The position numbers and the translations under genes are program-made. From assembly GCA_976226885.1 (NCBI GenBank), contig OZ320316.1, positions 77,252,001 to 77,316,000 on the forward strand: a stretch of 64,000 bases of DNA, written 5' to 3'. Source of the DNA: Iphione sp. A-MEVVRFRX5. Its lineage: Eukaryota. Of the stretch, positions 61,644-64,000 are shown in pieces. Below the pieces are notes generated by a model. That model did not search any database and was not told the DNA's origin. It was given only the letters and a program-made list of their open reading frames with translations. Position 1 is the stretch's first letter; each line of letters opens with the position of its first letter.

Positions 61644-63567
61644 TGCGGCGTGGATCGAATCCCAAAAAGAGATGTGTTCGGAATCCAATGGTCCAGCGGT
61701 ATGAGAAAATTAGGTTCGCACGCCTTTTTAAAGGAACCTTTAGTTCCGGTCGATTAAAAAATGCGCTCGTAAACATTGCCACGCGCTGGCTGGAAATGGG
61801 TCGAATGTCGTCACGTGACGCGAGTTGACATATTTTCGCACAGTCGTATTCAGTGCAGCGTGGCGGGCCGGTCGAACACACCGGACAAGTATGGGAGTCG
61901 GTTTCAGACATCGGGCTAACGGGTCACGGTCGAATGCAAACAGACAACATGGGGAATGTTAAAAGAGATACAGCTGTTCGAAGTTTCAACAGGTCCGTGT
62001 TCGTATACATGGGAAATGCGCCTTAGCGGCGGTAACTTGTGGTGGGATGGTTGTGTTCTTGGGTAAGGGGAGCGGGTGTCCTGCTGATGTTGGGGGTAGG
62101 GGCGGTCGTGTTTTCTGTGTTCGCCATGTACCAAACCCTCGGCTACACCATGTTTTTTTTGTATGGAAGGGGTTAAGTGGTAGACAAACCGGCCTGTTCG
62201 CTTCTCCGTGCGTAGAACATACTCCTGAGTCCGGCACGGTTAGGTACTCGTCTATATGCTGACTGGTCAGCAGGAAACGACTGCCGTCCACGTCCTGACG
62301 CTTGACCCACTTCCAAGAAACTAACTCGCCGGGATGTACATTAAGCTGAAAATAATCACTGGTAGGTCAATACCCTTGCATCGGTGCCAATGCCTAGAAC
62401 CCTCATTGAGCTGGCACGTTCGGAAAAGAATACATATCATGTATAATTAAGTTCGATTTTGGATGGATCATTACTAAATAGAGAGGAGAATGGAGGCCTG
62501 TTAACTAGCCCTCTAAATGTTGGGGTTCTCTGTCTCGGTTCTGGTCCATCTCAGCACTTAGCAATATATGTTGCTTGAAACGGGTTCGTTGATATTGTCA
62601 TTTTGGCTCCATATACTTCATATTACAATTTCAAGTTGAAAAGTGTTTATTGAGCATCCACCTCGTCTACATTAGATGGTTTCAGTTGGGTACTAAGCCT
62701 AACCCTTCACTTTACAACTTGGCCGATAACCTGTACATATATTTTCTAGTCGCTATTTTACTAATGTTAATTCTTAATTTAAGAAGCTACTTCACGAGAC
62801 AGGTCTCCGATCGTCTGATGCCGCCACACTACACGCGACTTTTTAAAGCACATTTTACTATCTACTTATTCCGAGAGACTTTTCCACGTGGTAGATCATT
62901 CGACCATCTAATGCCGCCGTATATAAAGCTGTTTTTGTATAGATTAACCAGAGGACGATCCATCTGCAGCTGTGGATCATCCCCAGTTCTTGTCATGCTT
63001 ACTCTCCTTCTGTTGAAGACGGAATAGACATGTCATTTACCAGTAGCATCAGGAGATACTCCAATCTCTAGTCAATGTCTAATATCTTTTCCCTTCTAAT
63101 ATCTTTTCTAATATTTAATATCTTTTCGATTGTAAACAAGCCGTTTATATGGTTGTCCGTACTGTCAGAATACAACCACTTATTGACTGATACCACTTCC
63201 TTACTAGTCTTACCATATCCCCACGTCTAGGACATAAAAGCATAGGCAACCCGTAATTAACATGGCGAATTACGAAAGCAAGTTGTATCCTAGTAATTTT
63301 GTAGGCTTTTCAGGCTTTAGTACTCTTTCCCACTATTAGATAACCGTTTGCCCATCTAGCCCCTACCAGTGTCATATAAAAGCAACACCCTAGAATATGT
63401 CAAGTAGGCTCGATGCGATACCATATATGCGAAAATATTGCTTCCTCCAGAATAGCGAGTTTTGTACAAATGCTAGAAAGTGATCTTCACTCTAAGGCTT
63501 TTAGCGCAGTCGCCATCCCTCTGTCGAACCTGGAACCATGTTAAGCTGCACTGAAGAAACCCCTGCA

Positions 63568-63849
63568 TTATAAATTACCCCCTAGACTACCACATCGCCA
63601 CCACTGAGATAGGTTCCCAGGCAGCGGTGATATTGATACCTGCCTATAATTTCCCAGATCGTCGGGATCCCCCTTTTTGTATAATCGGGTTACACGTGCT
63701 AGTTTCCACCATCTAGGGTACAGTCTAAATAACCGTACTAGGAAGTGTAGGCTGCACAGCAAGACCTGCTTGAGTATGCAAGTTTTGATGCCCTTAATAC
63801 CTGATGCTTCGACAATTCTACTTTCTACCTCACATAATTCTAATGACAT
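63568..63849 (-). mobile_element. LINE reverse-transcriptase N-terminal fragment (decayed)
   Basis: ASGIKGI..LK..WKLARVTRLYKKGDPDDLGNYRQVSI matches the non-LTR RT pattern WK.A.V.P+.K.GD....NYRPIS. Confidence 0.72.
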
Positions 63850-64000
63850 AAGAGGATCCAGCTCAAGTTGTACCGGAAGGGATTCATTTGAACATCTTGG
63901 ATTTCGTTACCTTTAGCTTAGTCCTTTATTATCATCTGTGCTGAATTGACAGTGCCTGCCCAATGTCTCATGGGCTGTTCCCCATATTCCCTGACTGTCT

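Larger units (their letters stand above)
51740..62022. mobile_element. Complete PIF/Harbinger transposon, element 2 (10,283 bp)
   Basis: Perfect 31-bp TIRs GGCGCATTTCCCATGTATACGAACACGGACC (51740-51770; inverted copy 61992-62022) and a TTA duplication at 51737-51739 and 62023-62025. Confidence 0.96.

Overview
Eukaryotic (metazoan invertebrate-type) genomic DNA with GT-AG introns, dense in transposons, with one assembly gap (571-699). The organism cannot be named from sequence alone. One intact host gene was reconstructed by hand: a 9-exon DEG/ENaC (ASIC-like) channel on the minus strand (41847-27962, 557 aa) that has lost both cysteines of one thumb disulfide. Its intron 7 holds a near-intact Ngaro-type tyrosine-recombinase retrotransposon (32263-36383) and a MITE. 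The most striking feature is two divergent PIF/Harbinger transposons (~2764-8663, ends unresolved; and 51740-62022, with perfect 31-bp TIRs and a TTA target-site duplication). In both, the transposase gene and the antisense MADF+BESS-like partner gene are reciprocally interleaved: the partner gene splices over the transposase catalytic exon(s), and its last exon(s) sit inside transposase intron 1. All splice phases close. The complete element also carries a third, phase-consistent three-exon gene (190 aa, coiled-coil) nested in the MADF intron. The rest is decayed elements (Penelope with a hammerhead-like motif, Gypsy, LINE, pogo/Tigger, C2H2 zinc-finger pseudogene), MITEs and minisatellites. 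All gene models are manual inferences from splice consensus and frame arithmetic; no database search was run.
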